Positions 39,943-50,084 of a stretch of DNA of 64,000 nt are shown in pieces (within the stretch, counting starts at the first letter, position 1; the number at the start of each line of letters is the position of its first letter). The position numbers and the translations under genes were made by a program. The stretch covers positions 936,679 through 1,000,678 of the forward strand of contig JBFWJC010000001.1 of assembly GCA_050253415.1 (NCBI GenBank), read 5' to 3'. Source of the DNA: Pedobacter sp. (GTDB taxonomy: Bacteria > Desulfobacterota > Desulfuromonadia > Desulfuromonadales > Syntrophotaleaceae). Below the pieces are notes generated by a model. The model worked only from the letters and a program-made list of their open reading frames with translations. It was not told the DNA's origin and ran no database searches.

Positions 39943-39975
39943 AAAAAAAGCCGCGGTCTTATGGCCGCGGCTTTT
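39943..39975 (-). terminator. Attenuator terminator in the trpS leader
   Basis: Minus strand aaaagccgcggcc-ataa-gaccgcggcttttttt, ~30 nt before the trpS start. Confidence 0.85.
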
Positions 39976-40020
39976 GTTTGTTTATCCATCCGCGGACCGG
40001 CAGGTCCGCGACGCTCATTA

Positions 40021-40101
40021 TCAAAGGCAGGCGCGCGAACCGGAAAAAGATGCGGTCCAGCGCCACCAAAGGCGATTGGTCGGAGTATGTTGAAGGCTCA
40101 T
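40021..40101 (-). CDS. trpL: Trp-rich leader peptide of the trpS attenuator
   Basis: Manual translation MSLQHTPTNRLWWRWTASFSGSRACL; alternative in-frame ATG at 40110. Confidence 0.85.
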   Translation of the reverse strand: MSLQHTPTNRLWWRWTASFSGSRACL

Positions 40102-40157
40102 AGTCAGCATAGTGGCGTAAAACTAGCAGTTTGCCGCCATGGCGTCAATGCACAAAA

Positions 40158-40385
40158 TTACCTTCCGGGCTGCGAGGCACCCATAGCTGTGGCCAATTGC
40201 AGCAACTGGGACAATTCGATGCCGCTGTCCTTGAGGATCCCCATGAATACCGGAAACATTTGCAGCAAGAAGCTGCTGTCCTGCATGGTTTCTTTGGCCA
40301 GTCCCGGCAGCGTATCCAGAATAAAGGTTTTTTTGTCCTCCGGGCTCAGGTTGAATACGGCCTGCTTCAATTCTTCAACGGTCAT
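40158..40385 (-). CDS. Small hypothetical protein downstream of lon
   Basis: AAGGAG RBS; amphipathic helical 75-aa ORF co-oriented with lon. Confidence 0.75.
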   Translation of the reverse strand: MTVEELKQAVFNLSPEDKKTFILDTLPGLAKETMQDSSFLLQMFPVFMGILKDSGIELSQLLQLATAMGASQPGR

Positions 40386-40438
40386 GTGCGGTAAAACTCC
40401 TTACGGGTAAATAGTGGCGGTCCGGATTCGAGAGCTCG

Positions 40439-42874
40439 CTATCCGAAGGCCACTTTGTATACATCATGGTAATCGCGGGCAAAATGGACGCTCAGGTCGG
40501 CCCGCAAGTGGTCGGGCAGTTCGTCGAAGTCCTTGCGGTTGGCTTCCGGCAGAATCACGGTGGTAATGCCGATGCGCTTGACGGCGAGGATCTTTTCCTT
40601 GACCCCACCGATGGGCAACACTTTGCCGGTCAGGGTCAGTTCCCCGGTCATGCCGAGCTTTTTGATAACCGGCTTGCCGGTAATCATGGACAGCAGCGCG
40701 GTCGCCATGGTGACGCCGGCCGACGGGCCATCCTTTGGGGTGGCGCCGGCCGGTACGTGCAAGTGAACAAAGTGCTTGTCAAAAAACTCCGGATCGATGC
40801 CGTACCCCTCAAGGTGCGCCATGACATAGGAATAGGCGATTTCCGAGCTTTCGACCATGACCTTGCCGAGTTGTCCGGTCTGCTTGAAGCCCTTGCCTTT
40901 GCTGGGCATGGCGGTCGCTTCGATCTGCAGGGTGGCACCGCCCATGCTGGTCCAGGCCAGCCCGGTGACGACGCCCGGCACATCCTCGAAAACCTCATCT
41001 TCGGTAAAGATGGGTTTGCCGAGGATAGTTTCCACATCTTTTTTACTGATAGTGATTTTCTCGGCATGCCCCTGCGTAATTTCCATAGCCGCGTGGCGCA
41101 TGATTTTTTTGATGCGGTTTTCCAGGCTTCGTACCCCGGCCTCGCGGGCATAACCGTCGATGATGGCGTGCAGGGCTTCTTTGCGGATCACCACCTGGCT
41201 CTTTTGCAGCCCGTGGTTTTCCAACGCCTTGGGGATCAGGTAGCGGCGGGCGATCTCCATTTTTTCTTCGAGGATGTAACCGGCCAGGCGGATGATCTCC
41301 ATGCGGTCGAGCAGCGGCGCCGGAATGGTGTCGAGCTGGTTGGCGGTGGCGACGAACAGCACGTTGGAGAGATCGAACGGCACATCCAGGTAGTGGTCGC
41401 GGAACGAGCTGTTCTGCTCGGGATCGAGTACCTCGAGCAGTGCCGAGGCCGGATCTCCCTGGAAGGAGGCACCGATCTTGTCGATTTCGTCGAGCATCAG
41501 CACCGGGTTGGCGGTGCCGGCGCTCTTCATGGCCTGGATGAAGCGGCCCGGCATGGCACCGATATAGGTACGGCGATGCCCTTTGATCTCGGCTTCATCG
41601 CGCATGCCACCGAGGGAGAAACGGTAAAAGGTCCGGTTCAGCGCCGAGGCGATACTCTTGCCGATGGAGGTCTTGCCGACCCCCGGCGGACCGACCAGAC
41701 ACAGAATCGAACCGGAAATGTCCCCCTTAAGCTTGCCGACGGCGATGAACTCGAGGATCCGGTCCTTGACGTCCTGCAGGCCGTAATGGTCCCGATCGAG
41801 AACGCGTCTGGCTCGCTCGATGTTGTAGTTGTCCTTGCTGTTTTTGCCCCAGGGCAGGATGGTCAGCCAGTCGAGGTAATTGCGCGAAACGTTGTACTCC
41901 GGCGAAGACGGTTCGATAAGCCGCAGCTTTTCGATTTCCTCATCGATGGCTTTTTGCGCATCCTGATTCGGGGTCAGTTTGGCCAGACGTTTCTGGAACT
42001 TTTCGATCTCGCTGACCTTACCTTCCTTTTCCAGCCCGAGTTCTTTTTTAATGGCCTTAAGCTGTTCACGCAGGAAGAATTCACGCTGTTGGGCACTGAT
42101 CTTCTGCTCGATCTGCTTGGAAATCTTGGTCTGCAGGCGCGATACTTCCAGCTCCTTTTTCAGCAGTACCAGTACCTTGTCGATGCGCTTGCGCACGTCG
42201 ATAGTCTCGAGGATCTCCTGCAGCAGTTGCCCGTCGCTGGCGGTCAGGTTGGCGGCAAAGTCGGTCAGTCTGCCCGGGTCATCCATGCTCTGGCGGTTGA
42301 GGAACATTTTGATCTCTTCGCTGTAAAGCGGATTGATCTGCACCAGTTCCTTCAGGGCACTGATGATTGCCATGGAATAGGCTTTCAGCTCCGGGTTGAC
42401 CGACAACTCGGTGGCATAATGGTATTCCACCCGGGCGAACAGGCCATCCTCCGATTCGGTCAGCTCACGGATGGAAAAACGCTCCAGGCAATTGACCAGC
42501 AGATGGATGCTGTCGTCATCGGAGTGCAGGACTTTCATTATCCGCCCGACCACGCCGAAGTTATGCAGGTTTTCCCGGCTGTCGGGCTCTTCGACCTCTT
42601 TTGCCAGTACCAGGCCCATCATTTTGTTCGGCGTATCCACGGCGCGTTTGGCCAGAGCGACATGCCGGTCGCCGGTAAACACCATCGGTGTCAGAATGCC
42701 GGGGAAGGCCGGACGCGGTCGTAGCGGAATAATCGGCAGGGTCGCAGGCAGCAGGTCGGTGGCTACCACCAGGCCTTCCCGTGGTTCATCCGAATCGTTG
42801 GTATCTTCAGGGCTGAAGTCAGCCTCTATGGGGTTGTCGTGTTCTTCTTCCATGTTGTCCCGGTCATCAGTCAT
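40439..42874 (-). CDS. lon: ATP-dependent Lon protease
   Basis: LON N-domain, GPPGVGKT, LDEIDK, PKDGPSAG, GGVKEK. Confidence 0.97.
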   Translation of the reverse strand: MTDDRDNMEEEHDNPIEADFSPEDTNDSDEPREGLVVATDLLPATLPIIPLRPRPAFPGILTPMVFTGDRHVALAKRAVDTPNKMMGLVLAKEVEEPDSRENLHNFGVVGRIMKVLHSDDDSIHLLVNCLERFSIRELTESEDGLFARVEYHYATELSVNPELKAYSMAIISALKELVQINPLYSEEIKMFLNRQSMDDPGRLTDFAANLTASDGQLLQEILETIDVRKRIDKVLVLLKKELEVSRLQTKISKQIEQKISAQQREFFLREQLKAIKKELGLEKEGKVSEIEKFQKRLAKLTPNQDAQKAIDEEIEKLRLIEPSSPEYNVSRNYLDWLTILPWGKNSKDNYNIERARRVLDRDHYGLQDVKDRILEFIAVGKLKGDISGSILCLVGPPGVGKTSIGKSIASALNRTFYRFSLGGMRDEAEIKGHRRTYIGAMPGRFIQAMKSAGTANPVLMLDEIDKIGASFQGDPASALLEVLDPEQNSSFRDHYLDVPFDLSNVLFVATANQLDTIPAPLLDRMEIIRLAGYILEEKMEIARRYLIPKALENHGLQKSQVVIRKEALHAIIDGYAREAGVRSLENRIKKIMRHAAMEITQGHAEKITISKKDVETILGKPIFTEDEVFEDVPGVVTGLAWTSMGGATLQIEATAMPSKGKGFKQTGQLGKVMVESSEIAYSYVMAHLEGYGIDPEFFDKHFVHLHVPAGATPKDGPSAGVTMATALLSMITGKPVIKKLGMTGELTLTGKVLPIGGVKEKILAVKRIGITTVILPEANRKDFDELPDHLRADLSVHFARDYHDVYKVAFG

Positions 42875-43379
42875 GGTGAGGTCTCCTTGTGGGGTATCGG
42901 GATATAAAGGGCAACCTAATCATTAAGCGGACGGTTGTCAACCGTCATGCACTACACTGTTTGTGGAACCAGTCGGTGGTCTTTCGTTACGGCTATGAAC
43001 AAAAAAACCGGCGTTGCGGGCAGAACGCGTTGCCATGCTGGAAAGCTGTTTTTCCATGGTCGATCTGATTGATGGCAGGCTCTTTTTCAGGCAGGGACGC
43101 GTGGGTAGCGAACCGTACGGAGAAAAGCAGGTCAGCCATCTGGAAGAGAATTAAAGGATATTTTGATTGAGGTCAAAAAGCAAGCGGCAAAGCTCCTCTT
43201 GTTTTGCATAGTTAGCCATGAAAACGGCTTTTTCAGATGGCGCAACATCCGCCCGGGCTTTTACCGCAGTTGTCACGGCCCGTGCTTGCTGCGATTGCTT
43301 TTTAAGGACGTGTGGGATAATGTTGAGACTCGTATCGTACCGGATATTCATGCAGTTTTGTTTCGAGGGAATTTAATTC

Positions 43380-46055
43380 ATGACTGACCAGCTCAAACGC
43401 ATCTACCTTATCGACGGTTCTTCATATATCTATCGGGCTTATTACGCCATTCGCCAGTTGTCCAACTCCAAGGGGTTGGCGACCAATGCCGTATTCGGCT
43501 TTACCAATATGCTGCTCAAGGTGGTTCGTGACGAACAGCCCGACCACCTGGCGGTGATTTTTGATGCCAAGGGGCCGACATTTCGCAAGGAACTTTATCC
43601 TGAATACAAGGCCAACCGCTCCGCCATGCCTGAAGATCTGCGTCCGCAGATCCCCATCATCAAGCAGTTGGTGCAGGCTTTCAACATGCCGGGCCTGGAG
43701 CTGGAGGGCTACGAGGCGGACGATATCATCGCCACCCTGGCGCGTCGCTTCGCCGAACGGGGCATGGCGGTTACCGTGGTGACTGGCGACAAGGACCTGA
43801 TGCAGATCGTCGGTCCGCAGGTACGTCTGCTCGACACCATGAAGGACCAGGTGGTCGGCCTGCCTGAAGTGGCCGAGCGATTCGGCGGTACCCCCGACAA
43901 GGTGGTGGAGGTGCAGGCGTTGGCCGGCGACAGTTCCGATAATGTGCCGGGAGTGCCGGGAATCGGGGAAAAAACCGCGCGTGCGCTGATTGAGCAATTC
44001 GGCACGGTGGAAAACCTGCTAGCCAACATCGACCAGGTAGCGGGCAAAAAACGCCAGGAGAACCTGCGCCAGTTCGGTGAACAGGCCCGTTTGTCGAAAA
44101 CGCTGGTCACGCTGTTGGATGATTTGCCTCTGGATGTGGATTACGACAATTTTGTGCTCAGCGAACCGAACCGCGAGGCGCTCACGGCCCTGTTCAAAGA
44201 GTTGGAGTTTCATAAACTGCTGCAGGAGTTTTCCAGCGATGAGCGGGCCAGCGGCGAGGGCTACCGGACCGTTGCCAACGAGGCGCAGCTGGATGATCTG
44301 GTGCGCGCCCTGAAGCAGGCCGGACGTTTCGCCTTTGACACGGAAACCACCAGCCTTGTCGCCACTCTTGCCGACCTGGTCGGCCTTTCGTTTTCGGTCA
44401 AGCCCGGGGAAGGCTGGTATCTGCCGGTGGGACATCGCTACCTGGGAGTGCCGGAACAGCTTGATCGCACTCTGGTGATCGATACGTTGCGACCGTTGAT
44501 GGCCGATCCGCAGCTGGCCAAGATTGCCCAGAACGCCAAGTACGATCTGCTGGTGCTGCGTCGCGCCGGGCTGGAGGTGGCGGGGCTGAGCTGCGATACC
44601 ATGCTGGCTTCCTATCTGGCTAATCCGGCGGCTAAGTCCCACGGGCTCGACAATCTGGCGGCGGAGTTGCTCGGATATCGCACGATCAGCTACACCGAGA
44701 TGACCGGCAAGGGGAAGAATCAGATCGGGTTCGAAGAAGTTGAGGTGGAAAAGGCCACGGTTTACGCGGCCGAAGATGCCGATATCACCTTGCGTCTGGC
44801 CGACAAGTTGGAGCCGCAGTTGGTTGATACACAGCAGGACCAATTGTTTCGCGAGTTGGAAATGCCTCTCGTGACGGTGCTGACCGACATGGAGTGGCAG
44901 GGGGTGCGTATCGATGCCGATTTTCTGCAGGGACTGTCGACGGATATGGAGGCGCGGCTGGCGGTATTGGAAAAGCACATCCACGAACTTGCCGGCCGGC
45001 CGTTTAACGTCGGATCGCCCAAGCAACTCGGCGAGGTGCTGTTCGAGCATCTGAAACTGCCGCGCGGCAAAAAGACCAAGACCGGCTGGTCCACCGATGT
45101 TGAAGTTCTCACCGAACTGGCGGAGGAACATGCTATTGCCGCGCAGGTACTTGATTACCGCTCCGTAGCCAAGCTCAAGAGCACCTATTGCGATGCGCTG
45201 CCCAAGTTGATCAATCCCGACACCGGCCGCATTCATACGTCGTTCAACCAGGCGGTGACCGCTACTGGACGGCTTTCCTCGAGCGACCCGAACCTGCAGA
45301 ATATTCCCATTCGCAGTGAAGAGGGGCGCCGCATCCGCGAAGCGTTTGTGCCGGCCGAGGGGAATGTGTTGCTGGCCGCCGACTATTCCCAGGTGGAATT
45401 GCGCATTCTGGCCCACATGGCCGATGAACCGGCCCTTAAGGAAAGTTTTGCCCGCGGCGAGGATATCCACACCCGCACTGCCAGCGAGATTTTTGACGTG
45501 TTTCTGGAGATGGTCACGCCGGATATGCGCCGTCAGGCCAAGACCATCAATTTCGGAGTGCTGTACGGCATGAGCGCCTTCGGACTGGCCAAGTCCCTCG
45601 GCATCGGCCGCAAGGAAGCGCAGACCTATATCGATCATTATTTTTCCCGTTATCCCCGGGTTCTGGCGTTCATGGAGACAAAAAAAGCCGAAGCCCGCGA
45701 TAAACTGTATGTCACAACCCTGCTCGGCCGGCGTTGCGCGGTACCGGAGATCGCCAGTAAAAATGGCGCGATACGTGGTTATGCCGAGCGCAATGCCATC
45801 AATTACCCGATCCAGGGCTCGGCGGCCGATATCATCAAGGTTGCCATGGTGCGGATTCATGAACGCCTGAAGGCCGAGAACCTGCAAGCCAAGATGGTAC
45901 TGCAGGTGCATGACGAACTGGTGTTCGATGTTCCCGTTGCCGAACAGACCGCTGTGGAAAAACTGGTGCGGCAGGAGATGGAGCATGCCGTCGAGTTGGA
46001 CGTGCCGCTGCTGGTCGATATGGGGTGGGGGCGCAACTGGCGCGAAGCGCATTGA
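43380..46055 (+). CDS. polA: DNA polymerase I
   Basis: LIDGSSYIYRAYY, EADD, FDTETT, DYSQVELR, R..AK.INFG..YG, QVHDEL. Confidence 0.98.
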   Translation: MTDQLKRIYLIDGSSYIYRAYYAIRQLSNSKGLATNAVFGFTNMLLKVVRDEQPDHLAVIFDAKGPTFRKELYPEYKANRSAMPEDLRPQIPIIKQLVQAFNMPGLELEGYEADDIIATLARRFAERGMAVTVVTGDKDLMQIVGPQVRLLDTMKDQVVGLPEVAERFGGTPDKVVEVQALAGDSSDNVPGVPGIGEKTARALIEQFGTVENLLANIDQVAGKKRQENLRQFGEQARLSKTLVTLLDDLPLDVDYDNFVLSEPNREALTALFKELEFHKLLQEFSSDERASGEGYRTVANEAQLDDLVRALKQAGRFAFDTETTSLVATLADLVGLSFSVKPGEGWYLPVGHRYLGVPEQLDRTLVIDTLRPLMADPQLAKIAQNAKYDLLVLRRAGLEVAGLSCDTMLASYLANPAAKSHGLDNLAAELLGYRTISYTEMTGKGKNQIGFEEVEVEKATVYAAEDADITLRLADKLEPQLVDTQQDQLFRELEMPLVTVLTDMEWQGVRIDADFLQGLSTDMEARLAVLEKHIHELAGRPFNVGSPKQLGEVLFEHLKLPRGKKTKTGWSTDVEVLTELAEEHAIAAQVLDYRSVAKLKSTYCDALPKLINPDTGRIHTSFNQAVTATGRLSSSDPNLQNIPIRSEEGRRIREAFVPAEGNVLLAADYSQVELRILAHMADEPALKESFARGEDIHTRTASEIFDVFLEMVTPDMRRQAKTINFGVLYGMSAFGLAKSLGIGRKEAQTYIDHYFSRYPRVLAFMETKKAEARDKLYVTTLLGRRCAVPEIASKNGAIRGYAERNAINYPIQGSAADIIKVAMVRIHERLKAENLQAKMVLQVHDELVFDVPVAEQTAVEKLVRQEMEHAVELDVPLLVDMGWGRNWREAH

Positions 46056-46146
46056 TAGTCCGTGGGCGGCTCTGGCTGCCCATTGATTTCCATTTAGGAA
46101 AAAGGCCGGTTCCGGATAAAACTTTTGTCGCCATCGGGGGCGCCGC

Positions 46147-49100
46147 ATGAAGTTGGCTCGCCGCAAAGGCCTGCTGTCGCTGATTGTTCTCCTGCTCATC
46201 CTGTCGGGGCTGATGCTGGGGATAACAGTGCTGTTTTCCGACCGGTTTCTCGATGGCGTGGTGCGTCCTCGCCTTGAACGTCTGGCTGCCGAGAAGTTGC
46301 ACGCCGAGGTAGCGGCCCGCCGGTTGGTCTGGGAGGATGGCGGACTGACACTCACCGGGCTGTCGGTGCGGCGTCCCGACCGGTACCGTGCCACCTTGGC
46401 GCGACTGCGGGTAATTCCGGCGCTGCGTGATCTGTTGCGGCGGCGCCTGACCGCCGTTGAGTTTTTCTCGCCCGCTATCGAAATGACCCCCGGACCGCCA
46501 TCCGATACCCCTTTCGCCATCCCCGCCGAACTGCCTTTTACAGTCGGGACTTTGACCATGCGCGATGGTCGCTTCGCGTATGTCCATCCGATTCACCCTT
46601 TTTCTCTGCAAGACCTCAACTTTTCACTGCGCGGTGGCGCCGAGTTCGATTTTGCCCTTACCGGACGACTGATGGCAGAGTCCCCTATCGCTATTGAAGC
46701 CGGCGGAGCGGGGCGCTGGCACAATGGTGTGCGGTTGACCGTATCTGCGCTGAAATGGCAGCAGCGCGCATTGCTTAAGGAGCCGGTCACTCTGGAGTTT
46801 CCGGCCGGGCAGGGTAGTGGCCGTTTGCAGGTGGCGCTTGGTTTTGACGCGGTGTCGCGCAGTGACCTGGAACTCTGGCTGTCGGCCTTTTCCTTCCCTT
46901 CGCCTTTACCCCCGTTCTGGGACTTTTCCCTGAACACGGTACGCGTTGCGGTCGACTGGCAATCTGGCGTTCTGGACGCCGCTTTATCGACTGCAGCGGG
47001 ACAATTAAGCCGTCCCGGTTTCCAGGTGCCGCTTGCGTCGTTGGGACTCGCCGCGCACTTGCAGGACGGCCAGTGGCAGGGTACAGGGGAGTTTGCCCTG
47101 CTGGGAGACGCGGCTGGTACGTTTCGGTTTAAGTCTGGAACCTCGGCGCTGCAAGGGATGCTGAGTCTGTCTGTGGATGATCCCGTACGCTTGCAGCAGC
47201 TGGTGTGGGGGCGTGTTCCCTTGTCCGTGGCGGGCGCTGCCGATCTTGAAGCCGAAGGGGGGATGCAAGACGGGGCTATCTCGCTGTCTTTTGCGTTGCA
47301 GGGTAAACCCGGCCGCAGAAAGCCGGCCGGAGCGGTGGTCGATATTTCCGCACTGACGCTGAAGGGAACCCTGAAAAACCCCAAGAATACCTGGCATGCG
47401 AATGCACAGGCGCTGCTGGCCGGAAAGCCGTTGGCAAACCTGAGCGGCGACATGCAGCAACTGCGCCTTGAGCTGCTGCCCAACTCCTGGTCGCAGTTGC
47501 GCAGATTGATGGTGGGGCAACGTCAGCCGCCTTGGTTTCTGGATGCGCAAAACATAGCTGCCCGGGCGCTGATGACAAACAGTAAACAAGGTTGGCGGGC
47601 GGATGCAACCCTGCACGCCGGTCGGATTGCAACAACCCAGGGAAGCCTGCATGACCTGGATCTGACTGGAGGTGTTGCCCTCCGGGGGGCGCGAATCAAC
47701 GTCACCGCCGCCAGTTTGCGCACGCGTCTTGCCCACGATCGGCTCGGTGAAGGCGCTTTGCAGACCCGCTTTGATGCACGTTTGGAGCAAGGGGCCTGGC
47801 AGGTGCATTTTGCGGACCTCGATCTCGGTCCGATGGACCTGATGAGCCCCGATGGGCTGGCCGGTGTGGCGGGTGGGCGAATTCACCTTCAGGGCCTGGT
47901 TTGCCAAGCCGGTTCCAGCCAACCCCTGGAGATGCGCGTGGATGGCCGGGTCTCCGCCACCGAGGCCTTGTGGGGTGCCTGGTATGGGGAACTGGGGGCG
48001 ATGCCGATCGATGTGGCGGTGTTTGGTAGTTGGCATCCGGAAACATCGCGGCTGGAGTTGATCGACCTTAAGCTGGGGGTTGCGGAGCTGGGTACTACGG
48101 TGCACGCCCAGGGGGAACGCTCTGCCGATAGCTTGACTCTTGACGGGACCCTGAAAATTGCCGACCTGACCAAGGCCTGGGATGGTCGGGGGCGTGACCT
48201 TCTGCGCGAACTGCGTCCTGCGCTGGCCGATCTCGGTCTGTCCGGTGCCCTGGAGGCGGATATTGCGCTGAGAGGCAAACCCGGTAACTGGCATCTGCAG
48301 GGGGAGACGCGGCTGCAAAACCTTGAGGTTGACTGGCCACGTGCCAGGTTGACGGTTAAAGGCGGATACGGACGTATCCCGCTGGATTTGGCGCTGCCGG
48401 GCATCGATCGGCCCAAACAACCGGTGCGAGGGGGACAGTTGTCGTTTGCCCAGCTGAGTTGCGGTCCGATGCGTCTGGCGGACGCGCCCCTGCGTTTGTC
48501 CGTCGGTACCAATCGGTTTGGTTTGGATAATGCTCTGCGCCTGTCGGTGGGCGGTGGGCAGCTGACCGTAGAACAACTGCAGGCCGGCTACGCAAGCAGC
48601 GGTCTGCAGTTGGAGACCCGTATCCGCCTGGCAGGAATCGACCTGCAACTCCTTACGTCCGAGCTCGGTGTCGTCCCCATGCAAGGGGCCATTAACGCCG
48701 ATCTGGGGCACATCCGCTATGCGGATAAAGTCTTGCGGTCGGATGGTGAATTGCGCATCGAAGCCTTCGGTGGTGACCTGCGGTTAAACAACCTGCAATT
48801 GGATCCTTTTTCTCTGGGGCTCCCGCAACTTAAAGGTGATGTGACGTTTGACGGCATCGATCTGTTCCTGCTGACCCAGACTTTCTCCTTCGGCGCCATC
48901 CATGGGGTGGTCGATGGACAGGTGCATGGCCTGCGGTTGTACGGAACCACGCCGTCCCATTTTTCCGGGAGATTGCAAACCCGCCTTGAAGGCAAACGTA
49001 ATATCAGCGTCAAGGCCTTGAACAACTTAGCCATCCTTAGTCAGGGCGGTTTGTCTGCGGCTCTTTCGCGGGGTATTTACCGGTTTATCGATTTTTACCG

Positions 49101-49308
49101 GTATCGGCGCATAGGTATTCAATGTGAATTGGCGGAAGATGTCTTTACGCTGCGCGGTACCGCCCGTCCGGACAGTCGAAGGTATCTGGTGGATGGCGGG
49201 GTGCTTCCGCCCAAGATCGATATCCTCGCATCGGAGCAGCCTATTTCCTTTCGTGAGATGCTGCGACGCCTGAAACGCCTCGACCGCGCAGGCCGGCGCA
49301 CCAATTGA
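46147..49308 (+). CDS. Large AsmA/YdbH-like beta-rich intermembrane bridge protein
   Basis: N-terminal TM anchor, ~1000 aa of alternating hydrophobic strands, conserved-looking C-terminus (FSFG.I.G, Y.RIG..C.L, YLV.GG); next to a YdbL-like gene. Confidence 0.75.
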   Translation: MKLARRKGLLSLIVLLLILSGLMLGITVLFSDRFLDGVVRPRLERLAAEKLHAEVAARRLVWEDGGLTLTGLSVRRPDRYRATLARLRVIPALRDLLRRRLTAVEFFSPAIEMTPGPPSDTPFAIPAELPFTVGTLTMRDGRFAYVHPIHPFSLQDLNFSLRGGAEFDFALTGRLMAESPIAIEAGGAGRWHNGVRLTVSALKWQQRALLKEPVTLEFPAGQGSGRLQVALGFDAVSRSDLELWLSAFSFPSPLPPFWDFSLNTVRVAVDWQSGVLDAALSTAAGQLSRPGFQVPLASLGLAAHLQDGQWQGTGEFALLGDAAGTFRFKSGTSALQGMLSLSVDDPVRLQQLVWGRVPLSVAGAADLEAEGGMQDGAISLSFALQGKPGRRKPAGAVVDISALTLKGTLKNPKNTWHANAQALLAGKPLANLSGDMQQLRLELLPNSWSQLRRLMVGQRQPPWFLDAQNIAARALMTNSKQGWRADATLHAGRIATTQGSLHDLDLTGGVALRGARINVTAASLRTRLAHDRLGEGALQTRFDARLEQGAWQVHFADLDLGPMDLMSPDGLAGVAGGRIHLQGLVCQAGSSQPLEMRVDGRVSATEALWGAWYGELGAMPIDVAVFGSWHPETSRLELIDLKLGVAELGTTVHAQGERSADSLTLDGTLKIADLTKAWDGRGRDLLRELRPALADLGLSGALEADIALRGKPGNWHLQGETRLQNLEVDWPRARLTVKGGYGRIPLDLALPGIDRPKQPVRGGQLSFAQLSCGPMRLADAPLRLSVGTNRFGLDNALRLSVGGGQLTVEQLQAGYASSGLQLETRIRLAGIDLQLLTSELGVVPMQGAINADLGHIRYADKVLRSDGELRIEAFGGDLRLNNLQLDPFSLGLPQLKGDVTFDGIDLFLLTQTFSFGAIHGVVDGQVHGLRLYGTTPSHFSGRLQTRLEGKRNISVKALNNLAILSQGGLSAALSRGIYRFIDFYRYRRIGIQCELAEDVFTLRGTARPDSRRYLVDGGVLPPKIDILASEQPISFREMLRRLKRLDRAGRRTN

Positions 49309-49389
49309 TTTTGTCCTGATGCGGCGATATAGTGAAACATGCGAAAGAACTTAAAACCTTAAACTGGATTGCGATTACGGAGAGGATCT

Positions 49390-50004
49390 ATGAAAAAGCG
49401 TTCTCTGGTCTGTTCGATGCTGGCTCTTTGTATGGTGGCGGCTTGCGTGACCATCAATATCTATTTCCCTGCCGAAGAGGTGCGCAACGCGGCCGACCGG
49501 ATCGTTAACGAGGTCTGGGGTGAGCGTGATAACCAGCCGGCGCCGACAACGCCGGAACCGGCTGCCGAAGCCGGGCCGACCAGTCTACTGAAAATGCTTG
49601 TCGGTCCCTCTACGGCCTGGGCGGCTGGTGGCGTTAACGGCGAGGATATCAATATTACCACGCCCCAGATTCGCGCGATCAAGGATTCCATGAAGCAGCG
49701 TACCGGCGATTTGCGCCCCTATCTCGATGCCGGACAGATAGGAATCGGGCAGGATGGGTTGCTCAAGGTAAGAACCCTGGAGGGTCTCGATCTGCGTGGG
49801 CGAGGGCAGGCACAGCGCCTGGTGAATGCTGAAAATCAGGATCGCCTGCGCCTGTATAACGAGATCTCCAATGAGATCGCCAAAAATCCCAATCGTACCG
49901 CTACGCCAGCGCAGGTACAGGATGTTTTTGCCGAATCCTGGCAGAACCAGGCGGCTTCCGGTTGGTATATCGAGACAGCCAGCGGTAGTTGGAAACGCAG
50001 ATAG
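49390..50004 (+). CDS. Lipoprotein with YdbL/DUF1318 domain
   Basis: Lipobox VAAC, CVTINIYFP; G.IG...DGLL, LV.AEN.DR..LY.EI, FA..W...A..GWY. Confidence 0.85.
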   Translation: MKKRSLVCSMLALCMVAACVTINIYFPAEEVRNAADRIVNEVWGERDNQPAPTTPEPAAEAGPTSLLKMLVGPSTAWAAGGVNGEDINITTPQIRAIKDSMKQRTGDLRPYLDAGQIGIGQDGLLKVRTLEGLDLRGRGQAQRLVNAENQDRLRLYNEISNEIAKNPNRTATPAQVQDVFAESWQNQAASGWYIETASGSWKRR

Positions 50005-50025
50005 TTTCTACCCGTCCAAAACGGC

Positions 50026-50066
50026 GGATGCCACACAGGAAGTCAGATCCTGTGTGGCATCCTTTT
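50026..50066 (+). terminator. Intrinsic terminator
   Basis: ggatgccacacagga...tcctgtgtggcatcc followed by tttt. Confidence 0.85.
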
Positions 50067-50084
50067 GCCGTCGTGAGGCTTTCT

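Noticed and set aside
40466..42724. 752-aa ORF antisense to lon
   Set aside because: Mirror frame of a strongly codon-biased GC-rich gene; no recognisable motifs
43151..43351. 66-aa ORF between lon and polA
   Set aside because: No motif or clear RBS, and it lies in a divergent promoter region; cannot be supported
44019..46559. 846-aa ORF antisense to polA and the start of the YdbH-like gene
   Set aside because: Same antisense shadow effect; similar shadows occur over asnS, mgtE, glyQ and ppdK
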